64,000 nucleotides of DNA, taken from NCBI GenBank assembly GCA_027077805.1, contig JALWTS010000039.1:21877-85876 (forward strand). The letters run 5' to 3'. Shown piece after piece: positions 53,138-62,029 of this stretch (position 1 is its first letter; the number at the start of each line of letters is the position of its first letter). Position numbers and translations under genes: made by a program. The stretch comes from Gammaproteobacteria bacterium. Lineage in GTDB: Bacteria > Pseudomonadota > Gammaproteobacteria > JABHGC01. The notes beneath the pieces are model-generated. The model was not told the origin of the DNA and ran no database searches. It worked only from the letters and a program-made list of their open reading frames with translations.

Positions 53138-54283
53138 GTGAGTAATACTAATACCCCCAATAAATACCAAGCCACCCAAACCATCACCCTAATCGGAGCC
53201 ATTGCCAATATCATCCTAGCCACAATGAAACTAATCGTAGGCTGGCTAGGGCAATCGCAATCGCTATTTGCCGATGGTTTGCATTCGTTGTCGGATTTAT
53301 TAAGTGATGCCTTAGTTATGGTTGCAACGAAATTTTCGCATCAAACGGCTGATAAAGACCATCCTTATGGTCATGAACGTATAGAAACCCTAGTTACAAT
53401 TATTTTAGGTTTATTACTGGCTGTTGTTGCGATTGGTATTATGCTGGATTCAATTTGGCGGTTGAGTGATTTAAATAAAGTGTATCAGCCGGAAAGTTTT
53501 ACCTTGTGGATTGCCATATTATCAATTGTGATTAAAGAATTACTCTATCAATATACTTATAGAATTGGCTTACGTTATCGTTCTAAATTATTACAAGCCA
53601 ATGCTTGGCATCATCGCAGTGATGCCTTGTCTTCCGTTATCGTTGTGCTTGGCATTAGTATGGCATTGTTGGGTTGGGGGATTTTGGATGTGATGGCTGC
53701 TTTTGTCGTCGCAATTATGATTATTAAAATGGCTTGGGAACTGATTTGGCAAAGTATCCAAGAACTGATTGATACGGCCTTAGAACAAAAAATTGTCAAC
53801 CAAATTCGTCAGTTAATTATTGGCGTGGATGGCGTGCGTTCATTGCATTTATTACGCACTCGGCGTATGAGCTCTCATGCCTTAGTTGACGTGCATATTT
53901 TAGTCTCACCAACGATTAGTGTTTCGGAAGGTCATCAAATTGGCGATCAAGTCAGATATTTATTAATGAATGATATTGATGAAATCAGTGATGTTACTGT
54001 ACATATTGATCCCGAAGATGATCAATATAAATCCCCTTGCCAAAATTTGCCTTTACGCACGGAAGTGATTCAAAAATTGCAACAAGCTTGGCAGACAATT
54101 GAGGCGAGTCAAAAAATTGAACGTATTGTATTGCATTATTTACAAGGTCAAATTTGGGTGGATGTTATTTTACCCTTATCTGTATTGCAATATAATGATT
54201 GTTCTAATCAATTATCAGAACAGATTATTCAAGCCAGTTTAAAAATTGAGTATATTGGGCAAGTAAATGTTTTTTATCATTAA
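53138..54283 (+). CDS. fieF: cation diffusion facilitator (FieF/YiiP-like)
   Basis: ADGLHSLSDLLSD, HPYGHERIETL, HHRSDALSS, the CDF signatures. 381 aa. Confidence 0.75.
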   Translation: MSNTNTPNKYQATQTITLIGAIANIILATMKLIVGWLGQSQSLFADGLHSLSDLLSDALVMVATKFSHQTADKDHPYGHERIETLVTIILGLLLAVVAIGIMLDSIWRLSDLNKVYQPESFTLWIAILSIVIKELLYQYTYRIGLRYRSKLLQANAWHHRSDALSSVIVVLGISMALLGWGILDVMAAFVVAIMIIKMAWELIWQSIQELIDTALEQKIVNQIRQLIIGVDGVRSLHLLRTRRMSSHALVDVHILVSPTISVSEGHQIGDQVRYLLMNDIDEISDVTVHIDPEDDQYKSPCQNLPLRTEVIQKLQQAWQTIEASQKIERIVLHYLQGQIWVDVILPLSVLQYNDCSNQLSEQIIQASLKIEYIGQVNVFYH

Positions 54284-54313
54284 TGTACTAAATTTAATAC
54301 GATTATAGCGATA

Positions 54314-54330
54314 GGCACTAAAGTGGTGCA
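54314..54330. promoter_or_regulatory. NtrC-like binding site GGCACTA-N3-TGGTGCA upstream of glnA
   Basis: Matches TGCACCA-N3-TGGTGCA at 12 of 14 positions, about 140 nt upstream of the glnA ATG. A second half-site GTGCA lies at 54347. Confidence 0.35.
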
Positions 54331-54469
54331 AATAAAATTCTACGTTTAGTGCAATCAATATAAGTTCAAAAAAATACTATGGCATTTTATTTATGTAGCC
54401 AGTATGATCTACATAAACGAAGCACTCGTTGTAAACAAAAATATTTTTAATACTATTTAGGAAATCAAG

Positions 54470-55879
54470 ATGTCAGGAAAAGATATTTTAACGACAATCC
54501 AAGAAAAAGATATAAGATTTGTTGACTTACGTTTCACCGACAGCCGAGGCATGGAACAACATGTAACCTTGCCGTCTAATCAGCTGGATGATGACTTTTT
54601 TATCGATGGTAAAATGTTTGACGGTTCAAGTATTGCGGGCTGGAAAGGAATTAACGAATCGGATATGGTTTTAATGCCAGAAGCGGAAACCGCTGTAATG
54701 GATCCATTTTCAGATGAATCTACTTTAATCTTACGTTGTGATATTTTAGAACCTAGCACTATGCAAGGTTATGAAAGAGATCCTCGCTCTGTTGCAAAAC
54801 GTGCCGAGGCTTACTTAAAAGAAACGGGTATTGCTGATACCGCTTATTTTGGGCCTGAACCTGAATTTTTCGTCTTTGATGATGTGCGTTGGGGTTCCGA
54901 TATGTCAGGTTCTTTCTGTAAAGTGGATTCAGAAGAAGCCAGTTGGAATTCTGAAAGAGTGTATGAAGATGGGAATATTGGTCATAGACCTGGCGTGAAA
55001 GGCGGTTATTTTCCAGTGCCTCCTGTTGATTCATTGCAAGACTTAAGAAATGCCATGACCTTAGCGTTAGGTGATATGGGCGTGGATGTAGAAGTACATC
55101 ACCATGAAGTAGCAACTGCTGGTCAATGTGAAATTGGGACTGCCTTTAATAAAATGGTTAGAAAAGCAGATGAAGTTCAAATCTTAAAATATGTGGTGAA
55201 AAATGTGGCACATGCCTATGGTAAAACCGCCACGTTTATGCCAAAACCCTTAGTCGGTGATAATGGTAGCGGTATGCATGTGCATCAATCTTTGTCAAAA
55301 GGTGGGGAAAACATTTTTGCAGGGAATCTTTATGGGGGCTTATCTGAAACCGCTTTATATTATATTGGTGGTATTTTTAAACACGCCAAAGCAGTCAATG
55401 CCTTTACCAATGGAACTACCAATAGCTATAAACGTTTAGTCCCTGGGTTTGAAGCACCTGTAATGTTAGCCTATTCTGCTCGTAACCGTTCAGCATCAGT
55501 ACGGATTCCTTATGTGAGTAGCCCCAAAGCCCGTAGAATTGAACTACGTTTCCCTGATAGCTCAGGTAATCCTTATCTTGCCTTTGCCGCCATGATGATG
55601 GCAGGCTTAGACGGTATTGTCAATAAAATTCATCCAGGCGATGCCATGGACAAAGACCTTTATGACCTCCCTCCAGAAGAAGAAGCCAGTATTAATAAAG
55701 TTTGCCACTCATTAGACCAAGCATTAGAAGCCTTAGATAATGATCGTGATTTTTTAAAAGCAGGTGGGGTATTTACGGATGATATGATCAATGGTTATAT
55801 TGCATTGAAAATGGAAGAAGTAACTTTACTTCGTATGACAACTCATCCCATTGAATTTGATGAATATTACAGTTGTTAA
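54470..55879 (+). CDS. glnA: glutamine synthetase type I
   Basis: 469 aa with canonical GSI motifs (FDGSSI, adenylylation-loop region [25 protein letters not shown]). Confidence 0.95.
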   Translation: MSGKDILTTIQEKDIRFVDLRFTDSRGMEQHVTLPSNQLDDDFFIDGKMFDGSSIAGWKGINESDMVLMPEAETAVMDPFSDESTLILRCDILEPSTMQGYERDPRSVAKRAEAYLKETGIADTAYFGPEPEFFVFDDVRWGSDMSGSFCKVDSEEASWNSERVYEDGNIGHRPGVKGGYFPVPPVDSLQDLRNAMTLALGDMGVDVEVHHHEVATAGQCEIGTAFNKMVRKADEVQILKYVVKNVAHAYGKTATFMPKPLVGDNGSGMHVHQSLSKGGENIFAGNLYGGLSETALYYIGGIFKHAKAVNAFTNGTTNSYKRLVPGFEAPVMLAYSARNRSASVRIPYVSSPKARRIELRFPDSSGNPYLAFAAMMMAGLDGIVNKIHPGDAMDKDLYDLPPEEEASINKVCHSLDQALEALDNDRDFLKAGGVFTDDMINGYIALKMEEVTLLRMTTHPIEFDEYYSC

Positions 55880-55908
55880 TTATCCATTAATTCATTATTC
55901 TTTTGATG

Positions 55909-55937
55909 AAACGCTCCTATGGGAGCGTTTTTTTTGG
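55909..55937 (+). terminator. rho-independent terminator after glnA
   Basis: AAACGCTCC-TATG-GGAGCGTTT followed by TTTTTTT. Confidence 0.75.
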
Positions 55938-55984
55938 CTTATTTCTTGCTAGATAAAGTTCAGCAAAATAACTAAAAACCGCTT

Positions 55985-57049
55985 ATGATTGCCATTGAAA
56001 CTAAAATTTTAGAAAATTTAAATACGTCAGTGCTACTGTTTAATCATAAACAAGAATTAATTTATATTAATACGGCATGTCAGATATTATTTGCGGTCAG
56101 CGAGCGTCAATTACTGGGTTTAACGGCATCAGAGCTGATTGTTTGTCCAAATGGCAAGGTGAGTGCAACTTTAATGCAGGCAATTGAAAACCGTCGTCCG
56201 TTTACTGAAAGAGCCATGGAGCTACCCTTACCTGATCAACGTAAAATTACGGTTGATTGTACTGTTACGCCCTTATATGAAGAGCAAAACTATAATATTT
56301 TGGTTGAATTGCGACAGGTAGATAGACAAATACAAATTAGCAAAGAACAACAATTATTAGAACAAGAGCAAGCCAATCGGGCTTTTATTCGGGGCATGGC
56401 TCATGAAATTAAAAATCCATTGGGTGGTATTCGTGGGGCGACTCAATTATTAGAACAAGAACTCAATCGTTTAGAACTGAAAGAATATACTCAAATTATT
56501 TTACAAGAAGTCGATAGATTAAAAACCTTAGTCGATAGAATGTTAGGTCCAAATACCTTATTAAGAAAACGTCAAGTTAATATTCATGAGGTTTTAGAAC
56601 GAGTAAAATTTTTAATTGAAGTAGAAAATGATAGTAACAAAGTGGCTGTAAAATGTGATTATGATCCAAGTATTCCTGAATTGTATGCGGACAGTGATCG
56701 TTTAATTCAAGCGATTTTAAATATTGCAAGAAATGCCGCAGAAAATTTTAAACAAAAAGGACAAATCACCTTAAAAACTCGGATTCATAATCAATTTAGT
56801 ATTGCTAATAAAAAATATCGTTTAGTGATTCAAGTGGATATTATTGACAATGGTCCGGGTATTTCTAAAACCATGCAAAAACATTTATTTTATCCTATGG
56901 TAACAGGACGAGCGAATGGCACGGGCTTAGGCTTATCCATTGCCCAATCATTAATTAGTCAACATCAAGGTTTAATCGAATGCAACAGTAAGGTTGGCAA
57001 TACTGTGTTTACTATATTATTACCATTGGAGGATACTTTATGCAAATAA
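55985..57049 (+). CDS. glnL: nitrogen regulation sensor kinase NtrB
   Basis: PAS, then H box MAHEIKNPLGGIRG, N/G boxes [10 protein letters not shown]. Confidence 0.85.
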   Translation: MIAIETKILENLNTSVLLFNHKQELIYINTACQILFAVSERQLLGLTASELIVCPNGKVSATLMQAIENRRPFTERAMELPLPDQRKITVDCTVTPLYEEQNYNILVELRQVDRQIQISKEQQLLEQEQANRAFIRGMAHEIKNPLGGIRGATQLLEQELNRLELKEYTQIILQEVDRLKTLVDRMLGPNTLLRKRQVNIHEVLERVKFLIEVENDSNKVAVKCDYDPSIPELYADSDRLIQAILNIARNAAENFKQKGQITLKTRIHNQFSIANKKYRLVIQVDIIDNGPGISKTMQKHLFYPMVTGRANGTGLGLSIAQSLISQHQGLIECNSKVGNTVFTILLPLEDTLCK

Positions 57050-58476
57050 GTCAGGTTTGGGTCGTTGATGATGATCGTTCGATCCGTTGGGTATTAGAAC
57101 GTGCCTTACAAAAACAGCAATTTAATGTTACTTGTTTTGCCGATGCCAATAATATTTTAGAAAAACTCAAACAACAGCAACCTGAATGTTTAATTACCGA
57201 TATTCGTATGCCTGGTATTGATGGTTTGGAATTACTAGATCATGTTCAACAATATTATCCTAATTTGCCTGTGATTATTATGACTGCCCATTCTGATTTA
57301 GATAGTGCGGTTTCAGCGTATCACAGTGGTGCGTTTGAATACTTATCTAAACCGTTTGATGTGGAAGATGCTGTAGAATTAGTGAATCGAGCCTGTCAAC
57401 ATAGTTTAGAAAAAAAACAATCCATTGAGGATCAAACTCAAACTAAAATGCCTGAAATTATTGGTCAAGCTCCTGCCATGCAAGAAGTATTTCGTGCCAT
57501 TGGTCGTTTGGTACGATCACATATTACCGTATTGATCAATGGCGAATCAGGCACAGGCAAAGAATTAGTGGCTCATGCTTTACACAAACATAGCCCTAGA
57601 GCTAACAAACCATTTATTGCTTTAAATATGGCTGCCATTCCTAAAGATTTATTAGAATCAGAATTATTTGGTCATGAACGAGGGGCTTTTACAGGTGCTC
57701 AAAGCCGACGTGCTGGACGCTTTGAACAAGCAAATGGTGGCACTTTGTTTTTAGATGAAATTGGTGATATGCCTGCTGAATTGCAAACTCGCTTATTACG
57801 AGTATTAGCCGATAAGGAATTTTATAGTGTAGGAGGGCATATGCCTGTTAAAGTTGATGTCAGAATTATTGCCGCTACCCATCAAAATTTAGAGCAATTA
57901 GTGGCGCAAGGGCAATTTCGTGAAGATTTATTTCATCGACTTAATGTCATTCGCATCCATATTCCGCCCTTACGAGAACGCAGTGGAGATATTGCACTCT
58001 TAAGCCAATATTTTCTAAGCCAAGCGGCAGTAGAATTGCAAGAAGAAAGCAAAACTTTATTACCTGAAACCTTAAAATTTTTGGAAACCTTGCAATGGCC
58101 AGGGAATGTCAGGCAATTAGAAAATGTATGTCGTTGGATTACGGTCATGGCATCAGGACAACGAGTACATATTAAAGACCTACCACCAGAACTGATCCAA
58201 CAGGCAGTGAATACCACTGATATAACAACAGGTAATAATGACTGGGAACAATCGCTAAAAAAGTGGACAGAACAACAACTATTACAAGGTCATCATGGCT
58301 TATTGAACCAAGCCTTACCTAAATTTGAAACCATATTAATTCAAACCGCATTAGCTTTTACCCACGGCAAACGCCAAGAAGCAGCAAAACTCTTGGGCTG
58401 GGGACGCAATACCTTAACACGAAAAATTAAAGAATTGGGAATTGATAAAAAATTGGTTTCTGAAGTGGATTCTTGA
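57040..58476 (+). CDS. glnG: nitrogen regulation response regulator NtrC (sigma54 activator)
   Basis: REC VWVVDDD...[33 protein letters not shown]-terminal Fis-type HTH. Confidence 0.9.
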   Translation: MQISQVWVVDDDRSIRWVLERALQKQQFNVTCFADANNILEKLKQQQPECLITDIRMPGIDGLELLDHVQQYYPNLPVIIMTAHSDLDSAVSAYHSGAFEYLSKPFDVEDAVELVNRACQHSLEKKQSIEDQTQTKMPEIIGQAPAMQEVFRAIGRLVRSHITVLINGESGTGKELVAHALHKHSPRANKPFIALNMAAIPKDLLESELFGHERGAFTGAQSRRAGRFEQANGGTLFLDEIGDMPAELQTRLLRVLADKEFYSVGGHMPVKVDVRIIAATHQNLEQLVAQGQFREDLFHRLNVIRIHIPPLRERSGDIALLSQYFLSQAAVELQEESKTLLPETLKFLETLQWPGNVRQLENVCRWITVMASGQRVHIKDLPPELIQQAVNTTDITTGNNDWEQSLKKWTEQQLLQGHHGLLNQALPKFETILIQTALAFTHGKRQEAAKLLGWGRNTLTRKIKELGIDKKLVSEVDS

Positions 58477-58527
58477 CAATAAGGCGATGAACGAATATGG
58501 ACATAAATAGTGCCGTTTGCTTGTTTA

Positions 58528-58544
58528 TGCACTATATTTGTGCA
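58528..58544. promoter_or_regulatory. NtrC-type enhancer site TGCACTA-N3-TTTGTGCA
   Basis: TGCACTATATTTGTGCA read directly, a 17-bp near-palindrome about 105 nt upstream of the sigma54 promoter. Confidence 0.45.
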
Positions 58545-58647
58545 TAACGAGTTGTCATTTGATAGTAAAAACGACTAATGATTTATAATTAATTGATTTA
58601 TAAAAAAACTTTTAATTTAATTTTTCGCATATTTTTTATCGTATTTT

Positions 58648-58663
58648 TGGCATATAATATGCT
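58648..58663 (+). promoter_or_regulatory. sigma54 (-24/-12) promoter TGGCAT-N5-ATGCT for glnII
   Basis: GG at 58649-58650 and GC at 58661-58662 have the canonical spacing of TGGCACG-N4-TTGCW. About 95 nt upstream of the glnII ATG. Confidence 0.5.
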
Positions 58664-58759
58664 CTGTCAATTATACCTATGCCTAGGTAGCTATATCTTA
58701 GATAGGATGATTATTTAATTTAGTTTAACTTAACGAAAATATCTTTGGAGATATAAAAT

Positions 58760-59776
58760 ATGAAAAGTAAGTTGGAATACATTTGGCTAGATGGATATAA
58801 ACCAACTCAAAGTTTACGCAGTAAAACAATGGTTCGTTCAGATTTTAGTGGCAAATTAGAAGATTGCCCAATGTGGTCTTTTGATGGTAGTTCTACAGAA
58901 CAAGCAGAAGGTGGTTCTTCCGATTGTTTGTTAAAACCTGTTGCCGTTATTCCCGATCCAGGACGTAAAAATGCTTATTTGGTGATGACAGAAGTGTTAA
59001 ATGCGGATGGAAGTCCACATCCATCGAATGGTCGTGCTACCATTGATGATGACGATGATGACTTCTGGTTTGGTTTTGAGCAGGAGTATTTCCTATGGGA
59101 TCCAAGCACTAACCTTCCTCCGGGTTTTCCTGCGGGTGGCTATCCTCCACCACAAGGTCCTTATTACTGCTCAGTGGGTGCGCGTAATGCCTATTGTCGT
59201 GAATTAATCGAAAAACACTTGGATATGTGTTTGGAAGCGGGTTTAAATGTTGAAGGTATTAACGCTGAAGTCGCCGCAGGTCAGTGGGAATTCCAGATTT
59301 TTGCAAAAAGTGCAGCGAATGCTGGTGATCAAATCTGGCTTGCACGTTATTTATTAGAACGTACGGCTGAAGAGTATGATCTTGCGGTTGACTGGCACCC
59401 AAAACCACTCGGTGATACTGATTGGAACGGCTCAGGTATGCATGCAAACTTCTCTTGTAGTGCTATGCGCGAGGCAGGCGATGAAGGTGTTTTTACTAAG
59501 GTCTGTGAAGAATTTGGTAAAGCAGCGAATATTCCTGCGTGTATTAGTGTTTATGGTGCTCACAATGAACAGCGTTTAACTGGAAAGCATGAAACCCAAT
59601 CAATTGAACAATACAGCTATGGTGTATCTGACCGTGGTGCTTCTATTCGTATTCCAATTGCTACGGTTGAAGATGGTTGGAAAGGTCGTTTAGAAGATCG
59701 TCGCCCAGCGTCTAATGCTGATCCCTACAAAGTTGCTGCTATTATTTGTAAGATAACTAAGGAAGCCTTAGCTTAA
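58760..59776 (+). CDS. glnII: glutamine synthetase type II (eukaryote-like GlnII)
   Basis: MKSKLEYIWLDGYKPTQSLRSKT..., WFGFEQEYF, GQWEFQI, KPLGDTDWNGSGMHANFS, near-collinear with rhizobial GlnII. 338 aa. Confidence 0.85.
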   Translation: MKSKLEYIWLDGYKPTQSLRSKTMVRSDFSGKLEDCPMWSFDGSSTEQAEGGSSDCLLKPVAVIPDPGRKNAYLVMTEVLNADGSPHPSNGRATIDDDDDDFWFGFEQEYFLWDPSTNLPPGFPAGGYPPPQGPYYCSVGARNAYCRELIEKHLDMCLEAGLNVEGINAEVAAGQWEFQIFAKSAANAGDQIWLARYLLERTAEEYDLAVDWHPKPLGDTDWNGSGMHANFSCSAMREAGDEGVFTKVCEEFGKAANIPACISVYGAHNEQRLTGKHETQSIEQYSYGVSDRGASIRIPIATVEDGWKGRLEDRRPASNADPYKVAAIICKITKEALA

Positions 59777-59804
59777 GCGTCATTTGTTATTTAATTAAAT
59801 GACT

Positions 59805-59834
59805 GGAGGGGCTTGCTTTGCCTCTCCAATTTTT
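59805..59834 (+). terminator. terminator hairpin after glnII
   Basis: GGAGGGGC-TTGCTTT-GCCTCTCC (one G.U pair) followed by AATTTTTAT. Confidence 0.55.
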
Positions 59835-59956
59835 ATGTTTCTAAGCGAATTGCAGTTGTTTATAGTTTTTAGCCGTTCCCTAATTTTTTGTTGTCCAAAC
59901 TTAATCTATATGAATAATTGCAGTTTTGATAAAAAATCAATCAACAGTTGGTAACT

Positions 59957-60955
59957 CTAAAGTTTATGACGAATCTCACTTATCCAGTCTAGTTGTAACA
60001 CTTGTATGACCTCATCTATAGACGCAGGTCGTAATTTTGGATCCTTTTGCAAACATTGCAAACATAATTTTTCCAGTGTTTTAGGGACTCGGTATTTACT
60101 AAATTCAGATGGTTTGGCAGGTTCTTGATTCTCTATCATATCCAATAAGTCATAAATTTTGTTACTATCAAAAGGTGGCTTACCTGTTAATATTTCATAT
60201 AAAACAGAACCCAAACTATAGATGTCAGTGCTAAAACTAATCTCTGGATCTCGTTTAATTTGTTCAGGTGACATATAACAAATAGTTCCTTGTAATTTCC
60301 CATAGCCTGTCATAGATTTGTCAGAGGTATCAGCAGACTTTGTTGCAAACTTATCGCCTTGATAATCAAAATCGGCAGCCTTACCATCTTTTCCCCAGAC
60401 TTTGGCAAGTCCCCAATCAAGTAACAATACTTCCCTATAAGGCCCGACTAAAATATTTTCAGGTTTAATATCACGATGCGCAACCCCATGATTATGAGCA
60501 GAGGCTAAACCATGGGATATTTGAATAATCACATCTATCAGTTGGGATAAGTCATAACGTTCCCGATAATCAATAATCTCCCGCAAGGTGTAACCATGGA
60601 CTAATTTCATGGTAAAATAATATTGCCCTTGATTATCACGCCCTATTTCATAAACAGGAATGGTGCTAGGATGTTGCAATATCGCCGAGACACGCGCCTC
60701 ACGAAGAAAGCGTGTTTGTTCTATTTCATCGTTCAAAAATTCTTTACGCAAGGTTTTATAAGCGACTACCCTATTTAAATGCATGTCTTTACATAATTTA
60801 ATTAAGGATTTTCCTCCAGTCGCAAGCGTGTTAAGGTGTATATAACGTGTGTTAGGATTCAAGACTTCGGGTAATGGCTTATCCGTGTCTTCAAGGTAAA
60901 TCGTTTTATCATTTGATGTGGCTTGTTGAAACGTTAAGATATTTTTTTGGGTCAT
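59957..60955 (-). CDS. soluble Hanks-type Ser/Thr protein kinase
   Basis: VAYKTL (catalytic Lys), HRDIKPENILV, DWG (DFG variant), CYMSPEQ, DIYSLG. Confidence 0.8.
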   Translation of the reverse strand: MTQKNILTFQQATSNDKTIYLEDTDKPLPEVLNPNTRYIHLNTLATGGKSLIKLCKDMHLNRVVAYKTLRKEFLNDEIEQTRFLREARVSAILQHPSTIPVYEIGRDNQGQYYFTMKLVHGYTLREIIDYRERYDLSQLIDVIIQISHGLASAHNHGVAHRDIKPENILVGPYREVLLLDWGLAKVWGKDGKAADFDYQGDKFATKSADTSDKSMTGYGKLQGTICYMSPEQIKRDPEISFSTDIYSLGSVLYEILTGKPPFDSNKIYDLLDMIENQEPAKPSEFSKYRVPKTLEKLCLQCLQKDPKLRPASIDEVIQVLQLDWISEIRHKL

Positions 60956-60985
60956 TTTTTAATCTCGTTCCCATGCTACATAATA

Positions 60986-62029
60986 TTAAGCAATCGGCAA
61001 CTGAATACGCAACACTAAGACATCACTCGCAGACTGCTCTAGTAATAATTGACCATGATGGGTATTAATCACTTTCGCACTGATTTCAATTTCTTTATCT
61101 AAAGCTTGCATGGCTATTTTACCTTGTAATTTAATCACTAATTCAACCGTTTTTTTATCTTTAAGGGTTAATACAATGCCTAACTTAGCTTGTGCTTGAC
61201 ATTGTTCGATTAAAGCATTTAATAAACTCACTACGACTTGCGATATACGATAAGGGTCAATTAATATTTTAGGGGTGTCCTCAAATTCAGTGCTTAAATT
61301 AATCTGTTTTTGACGCATTAATGCCATTTGGTTTAACAATGCCATTTCAATAATATCTTCTAAATGTGTTAAACAAAAAGCATAACCTAAACACGCCCGA
61401 TCAATTTCAGAGGTATCACATAATTGTTCTAATTTTTGTAACATCCCATGACTGGTGGCCATCATTTTTTTAAGATAGGTTTTAATTTCAGTGGGATTCA
61501 TTCGTTCCATATCATCATATAACATGGCCAAAGCGCCAATCAAACTGCTTAAAGGTTCTTTTAAATCATAGGCAGAGGTTCTTAAAATAGCGTTTTTTTC
61601 TTCGTTTAACAAGGCTAATTGTCGATTGGAAACCTGTAGTTGCAAATAAGTTTTCACCCGAATTAACACTTCTTTTTGATGAAACGGTTTGGCAATATAA
61701 TCAACACCACCATATTCAAAGCCTTTTAAAATGTCTTCATGTTCGATTTTGGCCGTAATAAAAATAACAGGAATTGCTTGAGTGGCTTTATTCGATTTTA
61801 AGCGTTTACAAGTTTCAAAACCATCCATTCCCGGCATCATGACATCTAATAAAATTAAATCAGGCTTTAAACGCTTGGCTAAATTTAAAGCCTTTTCGCC
61901 ACTTTGCGCAAAAGCAATATTATAGCCTTGGGCAATTAATACTTTACGCAAAATATCTAAATTAGCAGGTGTATCATCAACTAAGAGTATCCGTAACTTA
62001 GTCGGATCAAATAATAAGTTATTCATCAC
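60986..62029 (-). CDS. response-regulator receiver fused to a degenerate histidine-kinase-like domain (H-box His replaced by Tyr; no G1/G2 boxes)
   Basis: REC (ILLVDDTP...[11 protein letters not shown]...FITAK). The pseudo H-box reads [13 protein letters not shown] versus consensus SHELRTPL. An N-box-like [17 protein letters not shown] is present but DxGxG is absent. Confidence 0.65.
   Translation of the reverse strand: MMNNLLFDPTKLRILLVDDTPANLDILRKVLIAQGYNIAFAQSGEKALNLAKRLKPDLILLDVMMPGMDGFETCKRLKSNKATQAIPVIFITAKIEHEDILKGFEYGGVDYIAKPFHQKEVLIRVKTYLQLQVSNRQLALLNEEKNAILRTSAYDLKEPLSSLIGALAMLYDDMERMNPTEIKTYLKKMMATSHGMLQKLEQLCDTSEIDRACLGYAFCLTHLEDIIEMALLNQMALMRQKQINLSTEFEDTPKILIDPYRISQVVVSLLNALIEQCQAQAKLGIVLTLKDKKTVELVIKLQGKIAMQALDKEIEISAKVINTHHGQLLLEQSASDVLVLRIQLPIA

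Noticed and set aside
54380-54395. TGGCAT upstream of glnA as a sigma54 -24 element
   Set aside because: The -12 position reads TTATG and lacks the invariant GC, so it was not called as a sigma54 promoter. Only the NtrC-like site is kept, at low confidence.
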